64,000 bases of DNA from Alphaproteobacteria bacterium (GCA_963422645.2 CAXXVO010000008.1:448001-512000), one strand, 5' to 3'; shown: positions 1 through 11,085, numbered from the stretch's first letter. The notes: generated from the sequence alone by a model not told the origin. Numbers and translations are program-made.

Positions 1-1856
1 TCGATGCGACCGATCAGCAGTCCGTCGTCGAGATGGCCGAGGACATCAGGAATCTGCTCGCGGTCTACAGCCCGCCCGAAGGCGCGAGCGTCACTATCTG
101 GAACGACAATGCCAGTCCCATATTCGACCGGCTGCTGGAGATCGTGAAGAACGGGGCGATCGGTACGATCCTGGTGTTCATCAGCCTCGTTCTCGTCTTC
201 GAGCTCCGCATCGCGTTGTGGATGACCGTCGGCATCCCCCTGTCATTCGTGGGCTCGCTGCTCTTCTTCGATGCTGCGGACCTCACCCTCAATCTCGGCA
301 CGATCTTCGGCTTCTTCCTCCTGGTGGGCATCGTCGTCGACGATTCCGTCGTGGTGGGAGAAAGCATCGCGTCGGAACGAGAAAAGGGGAAAGGTGCGCT
401 CGATGCGGCGATATCGGGCGCGCGGGCCATGGTGGGCCCCCTCACCATCGGCGCCATTACGACGATTCTGGCCTTCCTGCCCTTCCTCTTCGTCACATCG
501 CCCGCGTTCCAGATCGTGAACGTGTTCCCCTACGTCGCGATCTTCGTCCTGCTCGTCTCCCTCGTCGCGGCGTTCTTCATTCTCCCGGCGCATCTCTCGC
601 ATGGGAGGCGCTGGAGCCTCTCGCCGCTGAGCGACGTGCAGAGCCAGGTCGGTGGATGGCTGGACGAGGTGCGCGACAGGGTCGTGGCGCCTGCGGCCTC
701 ATGGGCCGTGCGCAACGTCGGGCTGTCGATCGTCGGTGGAATCCTGGTTCTGGTCGCCGCCCTCCTGCTCATCGGCTCCGATTCAGTACGGATCGTCCTC
801 TTCGACCAGAACCTGAGCAGCAGCGACAGCGTGCAGGCGGACATCTATCTGCCGGTCGGCGCGCCCTTCGAGGAGACGCTGGCCGCAGCCGATCGCTTCG
901 TCGAGGCAGCGCATACCATCGACGACCGGCTCGAGGAGACCTCCGTCGACGCAGTGAGCATGATCGTCGGCAACATCGAGACGGGCCGGAAGATCAAAGA
1001 GAAGCTGAACAGCAGCCATCTCGCCTCCGTGCGCCTGCATCTCAGCGATCAGGCCGATCGCAGCGCGAGCCCGGCCCAAGTCGAGCGCGCGTGGCGCGAG
1101 GCCGTCGGGCCATTGGTGAACCTGGACAAGGTCGAATTCCGCTCCAGGCGGGTCGATGTGAGGCCAAGCGTTTCCTATTCGCTCAAGCACGACGACATGG
1201 AGACGTTGAGAAGCGCCGCCGAGTTGAGGGCGGGGATGGCGACCGTGCCGGGGATCTACGGCATCCATGACGACCTGGCACTGGGGAAACGCCACTTCGA
1301 GATCGAGCTGACCCCGGCAGGGAAGGCCGCAGGGCTGACTCCGGCACTGATCGGAAAGCAGCTGCGCTCGAGCTTCCACGGCGCGGATGTCCAGCGCATC
1401 CAGCGGGGCCGCGAAGAAATCAACGTGGTGGTCAGGTACCCGGCCGAGCGGCGGAGCAGTCTGAGCGAGCTGGCCAGCGAACGTATCCATCGGCCGGGCG
1501 GCGGCGAAATCCCGCTCTCGCTGGTCGCGTCGATCACCGAGAAGCGCGAGCCGGCGACGCTGACGCGGATCGACGGCAAGCGGGCTGCGCGCGTCAACGC
1601 GCGGGCGGACACCGCGTTGATCACGCCCATTCAGGCGCGGCGGGAGGTTCGCGACCAAGTCGTTTCCAGCCTTCTGGCGAAGTATCCCGGTCTCGCCATC
1701 GAGGTCGAAGCCGGCGCTCGGGACGAGGGCGACATGCTCGAGACGCTGGCGCTTCCCCGCGAGCGTATCGACGACGTTGGTCGCGCCCATCAGCTCTTCC
1801 GCGTAGGCCCGGCGGGGGTCCTCGGCCGTGCCTGCGACGGTGGCATATTCGCCTGA
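1..1856 (+). pseudogene. AcrB/AcrD/AcrF-family RND efflux permease; begins before the window and is 3'-truncated (RND-like sequence ends ~1750, last TM helices missing)
   Basis: GIVVDDSVVVGE motif, TM helices, periplasmic 'VQRIQRGREEINVVVRYP' and 'RIDGKRAARVNA'; the sequence turns unrelated after 'DMLETLA'. Confidence 0.8.
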
Positions 1857-2104
1857 GGGCAGCACCGGCTCGGTCAACTCGTAACGCCGCAATGCCCAGA
1901 ACTGTCAATCGGCTTTCAATACTGACCCCCGATCGGCGTGCAAAATTGACCCCCCTGAGTGGCACGGCGGAGGTTGTCCCGGTAGCCAATAGGGGGGACC
2001 CGCGCGGCTTCGTGTGGCGCCCTGCGCTACGCGGAGCGAAGCCGCGTGGGGGGTCCCTGTTGGCCCACCGGGGCAACCGGGCCGCAAGGGAGGCCGGCGG
2101 CGGG

Positions 2105-2833
2105 TCAGGAGCGGTTCTTGAAGCGCCAGCTCTCGTTGCCGGTCTCGATGATCTCGCAATGATGGGTGAGGCGATCGAGCAGCGCTGTGGTCATCTTGGG
2201 GTCGCCGAAGACGGATGGCCATTCGCCGAAGGCGAGGTTTGTGGTGATGACGATCGAGGTGCGCTCGTAGAGCCGGCTCATCAGATGGAAGAGCAGCTGC
2301 CCACCGGCCTGGGCGAAGGGCAGGTAGCCGAGCTCGTCGAGGATGACGAAGTCGCGGCGGACGAGCTGGTCTGCAGTGCGGCCCTGGCGTCCGGCGCGAA
2401 GCTCGGCCTCGAGGAGGTTGACCAGGTCGACGACGTTGTAGCACCGGCCGCGCGCGCCCTTGCGGATGCAGGACCGCGCGATGGCGACGGCGAGATGGGT
2501 CTTGCCGGTACCGGTGCCGCCGACCAGCACGATGTTGCGTTTGCCCTCGAGGAAGCCGCCGCCGGCGAGCTCCTGGATCAGGGGCTCGTTGACCGGCGAG
2601 GCGGCGAAGTCGAAGTCGGCCAGCTCCTTGACCGTCGGCAGCTTGGCGGAGGCCATCTGGTACTTGATCGAGCGGGCCCTCTTGTCGGCGATCTCGACCT
2701 GCAGCAGCGTACCGATGATCTGTTGCACCGGATGGCGGCGCTTGAGCCCGTCGGCAAGGATGTCGTCGTAAGCGGCGCGCATACCTGCGAGCTTCAGCTG
2801 GGTCATCATCTCCAGCACATCATGACGCTCCAT
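2105..2833 (-). CDS. istB: IS21 helper AAA+ ATPase IstB
   Basis: Walker [27 protein letters not shown]. Confidence 0.95.
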   Translation of the reverse strand: MERHDVLEMMTQLKLAGMRAAYDDILADGLKRRHPVQQIIGTLLQVEIADKRARSIKYQMASAKLPTVKELADFDFAASPVNEPLIQELAGGGFLEGKRNIVLVGGTGTGKTHLAVAIARSCIRKGARGRCYNVVDLVNLLEAELRAGRQGRTADQLVRRDFVILDELGYLPFAQAGGQLLFHLMSRLYERTSIVITTNLAFGEWPSVFGDPKMTTALLDRLTHHCEIIETGNESWRFKNRS

Positions 2834-4346
2834 GACCGGCCTCCCTCAGGCTGTCGTAGCGCTGACAGTCGGCTACCGGCTTGTGGCGAAGCTGCAGGCC
2901 CTCGGGCGTCGGGATGATTGCCGGCGGTGCCGGCTGGCGCTGCCGGGCGAGGATGTTGAGCACCACGTCGGCGCTGCAGGCACCGCAGTCGAGCGTCTCG
3001 GCACAGGCCGCCTCAACCGCCTCCAGTCCGTCCTCCAGCACCGCCGCGAGCACCTTGACGAACTGCCGGTCGCCGTCGTCGTGGCCCGCGAGCCGGGTTC
3101 GCAGGCGGCCGAGCGCGTTGGGCAACTGCCAGTCCTTGAAGGGCGCGCCATTGCGTAGCGCGCCGGGCTTCCGCGTCAGGATCGGCACGTAATGCCACGG
3201 ATCGTAGACGAACCGGCCGCGCCCGAAGCTGCGGGGGTGCTCGGCAACGGTCTCGCCGTCCTGGCGGATGACGATCCGATCGGCATAGGCCCGCACGTCC
3301 ACCGGCCGGCCGACGGCGCGGGCCGCGACGCTGTACTGGTTGTTGTCGAAGCGCACCAGACAGGTCTTCGAGACCGACACCTCGCTGGCATGGAAGCCGT
3401 CGAAGGGGCCGCGATACGCCATCAGGAAGGGCTGCTCCTCCTCGAACACCTGCCACACCGTCTTGCCCGGGATTGTCGGATGCGGATGCTTCTTGGCGTC
3501 CTCGATGCACCGATCCATCAGCCACTCGTTGATCTCGGCGTAGGAGCGGCCCCGCGGGATGGGCACGAACAGGCGGCCGCGAAGGTCACCCACCTGCTTC
3601 TCGACCTGCCCCTTCTCCCAGCCAGCCCCTGGCGTGCACGCCACAGGCTCCACCAGATGGTGCGAGCACAGCTCCTGGAAGCGGCGGTTGTAGTCCCGCT
3701 TCTTGCCCACGAAGATCGTGCTCACCGCCGTCTTCATGTTGTCGTAGATGCCCCGCCGGCAGACCCCGCCGAAGAAGCGGAAGGCACGCTCGTGCGCCTC
3801 GAAGACCATCTCCTGGCTCTCGCGGGGAAAGATCTGGACCAGATACATCCGGCTGTGGCACAGCCGCATGTGCGCCGCCTTCACCCTGGTCGTCGCGCCC
3901 GACAGACGCGCGTACTCGTGGCTCCAGTCGAACTGGTAGGCCTCGCCGGGATCGAAGATCAGCGGCACATAGGCCTGCGCCGGCGACAACAGCCGCCACC
4001 GGCGCCGCCAGGCCCTGGCATAGCGGCGAACCGCGTCATAGCCGCCCTTGTAGCCCAGCGACACAAGGTCTTCATGAATCCGCAGAAGAGACAGCCGATC
4101 CTTGCGTGCCTTCTTCTCGTTGGCCTTCAGCTGGCGCTCAAGCTCCTCCACCCACAGCCCAAGCTTCGGCATCGGCTGGATCTTGCGCTCGTAGCTGTGC
4201 GAGGTCGCATCGCCCCGCACCACCTTGCGTATCGTGTTCTTGGAAACCCTCAAATCCCGGGCGAGCTTCTTGATCGGAACGCCCTTCACCAGATGATCCC
4301 GACGGATCTTCGCGATCGTTTCCACAACCAGCATCTCCCCCACCAC
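2820..4346 (-). CDS. istA: IS21 transposase IstA
   Basis: N-terminal HTH; QFDW, YDNMKT, EKGQVE DDE motifs. Confidence 0.95.
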   Translation of the reverse strand: MVGEMLVVETIAKIRRDHLVKGVPIKKLARDLRVSKNTIRKVVRGDATSHSYERKIQPMPKLGLWVEELERQLKANEKKARKDRLSLLRIHEDLVSLGYKGGYDAVRRYARAWRRRWRLLSPAQAYVPLIFDPGEAYQFDWSHEYARLSGATTRVKAAHMRLCHSRMYLVQIFPRESQEMVFEAHERAFRFFGGVCRRGIYDNMKTAVSTIFVGKKRDYNRRFQELCSHHLVEPVACTPGAGWEKGQVEKQVGDLRGRLFVPIPRGRSYAEINEWLMDRCIEDAKKHPHPTIPGKTVWQVFEEEQPFLMAYRGPFDGFHASEVSVSKTCLVRFDNNQYSVAARAVGRPVDVRAYADRIVIRQDGETVAEHPRSFGRGRFVYDPWHYVPILTRKPGALRNGAPFKDWQLPNALGRLRTRLAGHDDGDRQFVKVLAAVLEDGLEAVEAACAETLDCGACSADVVLNILARQRQPAPPAIIPTPEGLQLRHKPVADCQRYDSLREAGHGAS

Positions 4347-4453
4347 CCCGTCCGTCCAAACGACGAGGTGTGTTCATGGACACAAATCCAAGGGGGTCAA
4401 TTTTGGACGCCGATCACCCCCAATAGGGGGTCACTTTTCCACGCTTAACAACA

Positions 4454-4518
4454 ACCAGGCCGCGGCCGCCGCCATAATCACCGTCCTCAACTCAGGATTG
4501 GGGTACCTGGGTAGTTAC
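4454..4518 (-). mobile_element. 65-bp left-end remnant of the methyltransferase-carrying IS66
   Basis: Identical to 22816-22880, ending in CCTGGGTAGTTAC. Confidence 0.9.
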
Positions 4519-4521
4519 ATT

Positions 4522-6409
4522 GTAACTGCCCAGGTTCTTGCTGTGAAAATTCTCTGGGATTCGGCACAACGCTACCCACGCGACGCCCGTGTGCTCCTCT
4601 GTGGTCGCCGGGTTTCACAGCTCACGATGCCCCTCTTGCGGACTGCGACCGGTAAGCTACCCCGATGTGGCCCGAAGTCCGCCCGCGCGACGGGCACCGA
4701 TTTTCATTCTATGGGGTGGTCCAGCACGGCGTCGACCATGATCGTTTATGAGAATGGCTCCGCTGTTGGAGAACCCGTGCCAGGTGAGCTTACGCGCACT
4801 TGACGGTGGCGATGAGCCGATCCGATGGGCTGGTCAGGGCTTCGATGATATTCCAGCCCTGCTTTCTGGCGGTGGTGATGACGCTGCGCAGGATGGCGAA
4901 GTTCTCGGCCCCCTGCGCGGACCGGAAGCCCCCGGAGATCTTCTGGCGCAGCTTCATCATCCGAAGGTCGCGCTCGGCCTCGTTGTTCGTGAACCCGACC
5001 TCGAGGTCGATCAGGAACCGGAGCACCGCGCATTTGTGGTCGCGCAGCCTCAAGGCCAGATTGTGACCGATCCTTCGCTTCCGGCGCTTCTTCCTCTTGC
5101 CAGGCGAGAACGGTGGTTGGCTCTCGTGAAAGGCCAGCGCATCGGCGATGATCTCGTCGTATCGGCGCTCGATCAGCGCCACAAGCCTCGCCGGAACGGC
5201 GATATCCTTGTCCAGCGCGATGCGGGCGGCGCGATTGGCTCGGCGCAGGAGCTGCTGCATCCGCCGGGCCCAAGCCTCCCCTTCGATGTCCACCAGCGCC
5301 TGCAACTCCCGCAGGTGATGGGCGTTGCACAGGCCGTGCTCCACCCCTTCCATCGCGAAGTACGGCTTCCAGTGATCGTGCACGACGATGCCGGAGACAC
5401 CCGAGAGCAGGGCGCCGCGCTTGCCGCTGACCCGGTACGCCGCCAGCAGCGGCGTGCAGATCACATGAAGCCACTGCGTCTGACCGCCGATCCGCAAGCC
5501 GGTCTCGTCCATGTGTTTCACCCGCGCCGTGCCCGCCGCCAGGTCCTGTATGTGCAAGGCCGCGTCCCGCAGCCGCTCGGCCGCCCTCTCGCTCATCGTC
5601 GCCAACGTCGCAGCCGTCACCGGCGCGCCGAAGAGCTCGGCCATCACCTGCGACAGCCGATCCTCCGGCAGGAAGTGAGCGTGCTGAAGGTAGACCGCCA
5701 CCCCGGCAATGCGCGGGCCGTACTGCACCGGCGCCGACACCCCGTCGGGGAACGCCGCCCGGGTCACCGTCCCGCAATGCCCGCAGCACTTGGCATGCGC
5801 CCGGTGCTCGGTCACCTCCAGGGGGCTCGGCTCGGGCAGATCGAACACCTGGCGGGCGACGGGCGTTCCCGCCCTGGCCGCGTCCGAAAGCGGCGAACCG
5901 CATCCCTTGCAGGAAGCCGGGACGTGATCCTTCACCCGATCCGGGTGATCGGCGCGGCGCAGCGTCTTGCCCTTGTGGCCGGGCTGGCCACCGGGCTTGC
6001 GGCCCGATTTGCCGCGCAGGCTTCGGGTTCGCCGCTTCGAATTCGGCTTCCTCAGCCCATCGCTCGAAGGCGGCTTGCCGCTGTTGCCGCTGTTGAGGCC
6101 GAGACGGCGCTCCAACTCCTCGATGCGCTCGACGAGACGCGCGACTTGCTCTTCCAGCCGCGCGTTCTGCTGCCGAAGCCAGGCATTTTCCTCCCGAAGC
6201 CGGGCGTTCTCCTCCTCCAGGCGGGCGATCTTCTGCGCGGGCGTTTCGGGCGCTGCTCCCGTCGAAGGGCCGCGCGGCGACTCGGGATTGCTCATGTCGT
6301 TGTTGAGTCATTTCCCGAAATTCCCGTCAAGCCCTTTCCACCAACTCCGAACGAGAAACGCCTCAATCCACTGGCCCAAAATGACAAATCAGACGACCTG
6401 GGCAGTTAC
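4522..6409 (-). mobile_element. Single-ORF IS66-family element (type A), copy 1
   Basis: Terminal IR GTAACTGCCCAGGT at both ends; repeated at 48160 and 55637; no TSD. Confidence 0.93.
4790..6295 (-). CDS. tnpC: IS66 transposase (TnpC-like)
   Basis: Coiled coil, NSGKPPSSD, Cys zinc motifs, HMDETG, CNAHHLREL, TNNEAERDLR. Confidence 0.93.
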   Translation of the reverse strand: MSNPESPRGPSTGAAPETPAQKIARLEEENARLREENAWLRQQNARLEEQVARLVERIEELERRLGLNSGNSGKPPSSDGLRKPNSKRRTRSLRGKSGRKPGGQPGHKGKTLRRADHPDRVKDHVPASCKGCGSPLSDAARAGTPVARQVFDLPEPSPLEVTEHRAHAKCCGHCGTVTRAAFPDGVSAPVQYGPRIAGVAVYLQHAHFLPEDRLSQVMAELFGAPVTAATLATMSERAAERLRDAALHIQDLAAGTARVKHMDETGLRIGGQTQWLHVICTPLLAAYRVSGKRGALLSGVSGIVVHDHWKPYFAMEGVEHGLCNAHHLRELQALVDIEGEAWARRMQQLLRRANRAARIALDKDIAVPARLVALIERRYDEIIADALAFHESQPPFSPGKRKKRRKRRIGHNLALRLRDHKCAVLRFLIDLEVGFTNNEAERDLRMMKLRQKISGGFRSAQGAENFAILRSVITTARKQGWNIIEALTSPSDRLIATVKCA

Positions 6410-6593
6410 TCTATATTTATTTGGCATCTTTTGAGTGGCCCGACCAATTCGGATATGATTACGAGTGGTTAGACCAATAGACTCCATACAAGAAAATCAA
6501 TATAGCACCATATCATTTCAACTATGTTACGGCCTAACAAAAACGGGGATCAAATCACAATATTTCGTGGTAACGCCGATCGCCAGATAACCT

Positions 6594-9106
6594 CAGACTT
6601 CCTGACCTCGTGATGCTGGCTGTTCTGGGCAGCGTGCCGGGAACTCCTTGAATTCTGATACATTTCGGTTGTTTCAGGCGGTTTTTCGCTGGGTGTCGCG
6701 CCCGAGGTCTGATAGTATAATTTGATACCAATTGCACGGTCTCAACCATGCCCAGTACCCTCCCAATGTGCCCTCCAGAGGCGGTCTCGATCGGCAACAG
6801 CTGCTTCGCCGTCCTGATCTCGGACGACACCTTCACCTACTTTTCCAACCTCATTCCCTTTGACAGCCACGCCGCCGATGACCGCACGGCCATGCTCTTG
6901 CGGATCGGCCGCCTCGCGGCGATCAGCGCGGTCTCGCCGCAGGAACTGGCTGACGCTTTCGCTGTCTCGCGCGCGACGGTGCAGCGCGCACGACGGCGCT
7001 ACCTGGCCGAGGGCGAAGCGGGGTTCATGAAGCCCCGGCGCGGTCGCGGGCCGTCGGTGTTCACTCCGGAGTTGGCGGAGAAGGCGACGGCGTTGCTGGC
7101 ATCGGGCCTGAGCGGCTCTGCGGCGGCCCGGGTTCTCGGCGTGTCAGCGCCATCGGTCAACAAGTGGCGCCGTCAGGGACTGATCGGCAACACGGAGGCG
7201 GATGGGGAGCCCGGACGCTCAGCGCTGGCTGCGCCGCCTGACGCGGGTGCGGCTCCTGAAGGCCGTGTCGATGAAGAGAGTACCGGTGCCCCGGGGCCGG
7301 AGACGGCGCCGGGGCTGGAAGCGCAGCCGCAAACGGATCGCAGCGCGCGCGATCGGCGGGACCGGCAGGCGCCGATGGGGCGTGCGACTTGCGATGTTCC
7401 GGCTCGGGTTCTGGCCAGTTGTGGACAGGCGGGGCCGGTCGAACCGCAGTTCGCCGCCGCCGCCCGCGGTGTCCGCTTCGGCGGCGTGCTCGCCGCCCTG
7501 CCGGCCCTGCTGAAGGAAGGTCTTCTCTCCGAGACCGGTCTCCTGCCATTGCTGCCGAAGGGCTATTACGGCTTGCCTACGATCCTGCTCTTCCTGGCCT
7601 TCATGACCTTGGCGCGGGTGCGCAACCCCGAGAGCCTGCGCTACCAGGCGCCGGGCGAATGGGGCGCCATTCTCGGCCTCGATCGCTGCCCCGAGGTCAA
7701 GACGCTGCGCCGCAAGATCGCTCTCATCGCCGACGACGAGGCCGGCGTGCGGGCGTGGCAGCTCGCCCTTGCCAGGCGCTGGCAAGCGCCGACGAGCCGG
7801 AGCTCTGGGCGACGCTGGCCATCGACGGGCACGTCAAGGTCTACTCCGGCCGCAAGGGGCGCTTGCCCAAGCACTTCGTCTCGCGCGAGAAGCTGTGCCT
7901 GCCGGCGAGCGCCAGCTACTGGATCAACGCTCTGGGCGGCAAGCCGCTGCTCTGTCTGCACAAGCCGCTGGACCCGAAGATGGTCGCGGCCATCGAAGCC
8001 GACGTGGTGCCGGCGCTGCAGGAGCTTGGGATCGTTGGCGCCGGGGCGCCGGACCTGACCGCCGAGCATCCCGGCCAGCCGGCGCTCACCCTGGTCTTCG
8101 ACCGCGAGGGCTGGAGCCCGGATCTGTTCCGCCGGCTGGCGAGGCGCGGCGTCGCCTGCCTGACCTGGCACAAGAACTTCAGGGGCGAGGACTGGCCGGC
8201 CGAGGACTTCGGCGCGATGACCGTTCCCATTCACGGACCGGCGGCGGACGGCAGCGCCACCATGCGGCTGGCTGAGAAGCCGGTGACGTTGCCGAACGGC
8301 TTCAGGGTGCGCCAGATCCGCCGCCTGCTCGACAACGGCCGTCAGGTGCCGCTGATCACCACCGATCCGCACAAGCCGATGGCTGAGGTTGCGGGCGCCA
8401 TGTTCTCGCGCTGGTCGCAGGAGAACTTCTTCAAGTACATGCGTGACGAGTTCAATCTCGACGCCCTGCCGACCCACGAGCTCGAGCCTCTCGATCCCGC
8501 CGCCATGGTCGTCAACCCGCTGCGGCGGGCCTATGACAAGGCAATCCATCGCCTCGACCGCCAGCTTGGCCGCCTGCGCAACCGCATCGCCGACACGGCC
8601 CGGAAGAAGCAGCCGACGGCGGAACTCAGGAGGGAAGTCAGGGACCTCCAGGATGTCCGCGACATCGTCAGGGCCAGCCGCAGGGAGACGCCCAAGCACT
8701 GCCGGGCCGGCGACCTCGACGAAGCCGAGCAGCTCGATGCCTTGCCCGCGCGCGAGCGCCTCCTCCTCGACGTCATCCGGATGATCGCCTACCGCGCCGA
8801 AACCCGCATGATGCTTCCCGTCATGCAGGCGCAGGGCCACAAGCCCCATCCCCGGAAACTGCTTCAAGCGCTGCTCACCGCCGATGCCGACATCCTGCCG
8901 GATCCTGGCAATGGCCTCCTGCGGGTCCACATTCTTGGCCTCGCAAACGACGCCTGCGACCGTTGGATCGATGCGGTTCTGAGCGACCTGAACGCCACCG
9001 AAACGGTCTTCCCCGGCACCCGTCTGCGCATAGTCTACGACATCGACGGGGCCTCGGAATCCGCGCGGCTCGTGTCACCTAAAATCAGCAGAGGTCAGGA
9101 AGTCTG
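6594..9106 (+). mobile_element. Unclassified ~2.5-kb IS (type C), copy 1
   Basis: IR CAGACTTCCTGACCTC / GAGGTCAGGAAGTCTG; 5-bp TSD AACCT; repeated at 18036 and 35071. Confidence 0.9.
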
Positions 9107-9107
9107 A
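6748..9107 (+). pseudogene. ~785-aa HTH + DDE-type transposase with a frameshift near 7785
   Basis: ORFs 6748-8058 and 7389-9107 join at RRWQ|ADEPE; motifs IDGHVKVY, VFDREG, RWSQENFFK. Confidence 0.8.
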
Positions 9108-9304
9108 ACCTTAACTCTTTGAGACATTTGGACTGGCCTTTCGTACGACAGGCGCGTCGCTGGGCGCAATGGAGACGCGGCAAAGGGTCGATTACTATGG
9201 GGGGGGGGAGAGCGTGTGAACCTGGAGCGAACCGGTACCATGCGTTGAAGCGACTCGCGGATCGTCACCACACTCGCCGGCAGCCTGGCCCGGAACTCGA
9301 ATCG

Positions 9305-9547
9305 ATGATCCTGATCCCCGGCGTGATCGACAACCTGACCAAGCACCTGGATCACCCCGAAGTGGTGGCCGAGCGCATCCGGCGCGCGGTCGAGGCGGCG
9401 GGGGATCGCAGTCGGGTGATCCCGGGCGTGGACTGCGGCTTCGCCCTCTTCACCGACGACGCGATGATGACCGAGAACATATGCTGGGCGACGTTTCGCA
9501 CGCTCCGCGCCGGCGCGAACTTGGCCAGCAGCCGGCTCTGGGGATAG
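9305..9547 (+). pseudogene. C-terminal fragment of a cobalamin-independent methionine synthase-like (MetE/UROD fold) protein
   Basis: LIPGVID..HPEVVAERI..PGVDCGF motifs; no N-terminal part. Confidence 0.7.
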
Positions 9548-9629
9548 CGGCCGGGCGCGTGGGCGCTCATCATTCGGATGCGCAATCTGAGGAAGTCGAC
9601 TTTCTCTCGCGACGGACAGGAGGATCGAC

Positions 9630-10127
9630 GTGAACGTCATTGTCTTCGGGGCGACTGGGAAAACAGGGCAACACGTGTGGCGGACGGCGCTGCAAGAAGG
9701 CCACGATACGGCAATCGTCGCGTTGGGCAGCAACGGCCTGCGCGACAAGACAACCCTCGCCACTGGGGCGAAGACCGTCGTGGACGGCATGATTTCCCAT
9801 GCCGTCGAGCGTCTTGTCGTCCTTTCCGCAGCAGGCGTGGGAGATAGCTGGGGTCAGGTCTCGTTGCTTGCCCGCGTGCTGTTCGGGACACTGCTTCGCA
9901 ACATTCATGCGGACCACACTGCACAGGAAGCGATCGTGAGAGCCAGCTCCCTCGACTGGACAATCGTGCGCGCCGCCATTCTCAGCGACGACCCCGCTAC
10001 GGGAAAGACCGCCGCTACCAACACGGGAAAGATCTCGCGCATCCGGCGCGCGGACCTCGCGGGCTTCCTAGTCAAGGAAGCGGGCGAGGGGGCCTTCAGC
10101 AGGCAAGCGATATCGGTCACGTCCTAG
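9630..10127 (+). CDS. NAD(P)H-binding flavin reductase/biliverdin reductase B-like protein, apparently with an in-frame internal deletion
   Basis: VFGATGKTG Rossmann motif, LDWTIVR; only 165 aa and jumps from GHD to TAIVALG. Confidence 0.7.
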   Translation: MNVIVFGATGKTGQHVWRTALQEGHDTAIVALGSNGLRDKTTLATGAKTVVDGMISHAVERLVVLSAAGVGDSWGQVSLLARVLFGTLLRNIHADHTAQEAIVRASSLDWTIVRAAILSDDPATGKTAATNTGKISRIRRADLAGFLVKEAGEGAFSRQAISVTS

Positions 10128-11085
10128 TCGCGCGCGACCCCGTGCCCACGCGAAGGGGTGGCAAGAGTGCGTCCTTCAGCGCGTCCTCGTGGCCGAGGCC
10201 CAGGATCCAGGCTTCCTCGGTCTCGATGAGCCGGCGCTCTTCGGCAGTGAGACAGGGAGCACCGGCGAAGAGGGGCGCGAGCCTTCCCTGCGCATCGAGC
10301 CGGGCGAAGGCTTCGACATTTACGCGCACCTGGGCGCTGTCGAGGATTTCGCTGTCGCGCCTGCGCGCGTGGACTTCCGCCCTGAGCAGCGAGGGATAGA
10401 CCTCGGCGATCACCGCTTGCGCGTCGGGCGTTTGCAAACCGGTCTCGAACGGCCAGATCGCCACGCGGCCCGCGATGCGCTGGTCGGCGACCAGGCGCTT
10501 GAGTGCAGGCAGGCCGAGCAATATCTGCGAGCCGACGGAGCCGGCATAGGCCAGTTGCCAGACGGTCTTGGCGCCGGTGGCGCGGATGTCGCAGATGCGA
10601 CGTTCCGGCGGATGCAAATTCTGCTCCGTGCGCTCGGATGCCTGCACCGGAATCGTCGGGTACAACCAAGACGACGGACGACCCCAGAATGGGCCGAGAC
10701 CCGGATAGGTGTCGTTGATCGCTGCCGCGACATCGTAGCGATTGTTGCCGTTGTCCGGTGCGTCACCGATTCGTGCGGCCAGCCAGCCCCAAAGGGCCAA
10801 GCCGGAAGCCTTGCCCCTTAGGTGCTCTGCGACACCCGCGGGATAACCGAAGGGAAAGTCGAAGCCCACCAGCACCCGACGGCCCGAGTCCAGCTCGCCG
10901 GCCACTAAGCCGGCAAGGCGATCGAGCGCCTCGTGGCGGGTGCGGACATACTCCGGTTCGTCCACCTTGTTTCTGCTCGCGATGCGGGCAACGGCCCACC
11001 AGATCGCGTCCTTGGCGGGCTTGGCGGGGCTCGGCTTCGACCGCGCCGACCAGTCGATGACGATGTGGGTTTGGAACAGAGGCAT
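10117..11085 (-). CDS. Conserved protein with an RNase H-like/DUF429-like acidic motif set
   Basis: IDWSA, LVGFDFPFGYP, IAEVYPS, EEAWILG; start placed at ATG 11085 within ORF 10117-11643. Confidence 0.6.
   Translation of the reverse strand: MPLFQTHIVIDWSARSKPSPAKPAKDAIWWAVARIASRNKVDEPEYVRTRHEALDRLAGLVAGELDSGRRVLVGFDFPFGYPAGVAEHLRGKASGLALWGWLAARIGDAPDNGNNRYDVAAAINDTYPGLGPFWGRPSSWLYPTIPVQASERTEQNLHPPERRICDIRATGAKTVWQLAYAGSVGSQILLGLPALKRLVADQRIAGRVAIWPFETGLQTPDAQAVIAEVYPSLLRAEVHARRRDSEILDSAQVRVNVEAFARLDAQGRLAPLFAGAPCLTAEERRLIETEEAWILGLGHEDALKDALLPPLRVGTGSRATRT

Larger units (their letters stand above)
1903..4453 (-). mobile_element. IS21-family element, copy 1 (2551 bp)
   Basis: Ends TGTCAATCGG..TGACCCCC and TGTTGTTAAG..TGACCCCC with repeated TGACCCC boxes; istA/istB pair; matches 57712-60262; no TSD. 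Confidence 0.95.

Noticed and set aside
1892-4448. 341-aa and 418-aa plus-strand ORFs over IS21
   Set aside because: Antisense shadows of istB and istA
4746-6472. Long alternative-frame ORFs over IS66 (also at 48384-50140 and 55735-57291)
   Set aside because: Shadow ORFs of a GC-rich transposase gene; they recur only because the IS is repeated
6410-6593. AT-rich tract as a gene remnant
   Set aside because: I found no convincing open frame, even after joining across the IS to 9112 onward
7778-7795. Programmed ribosomal frameshift in the type C transposase
   Set aside because: No slippery heptamer, and the required shift differs between copies
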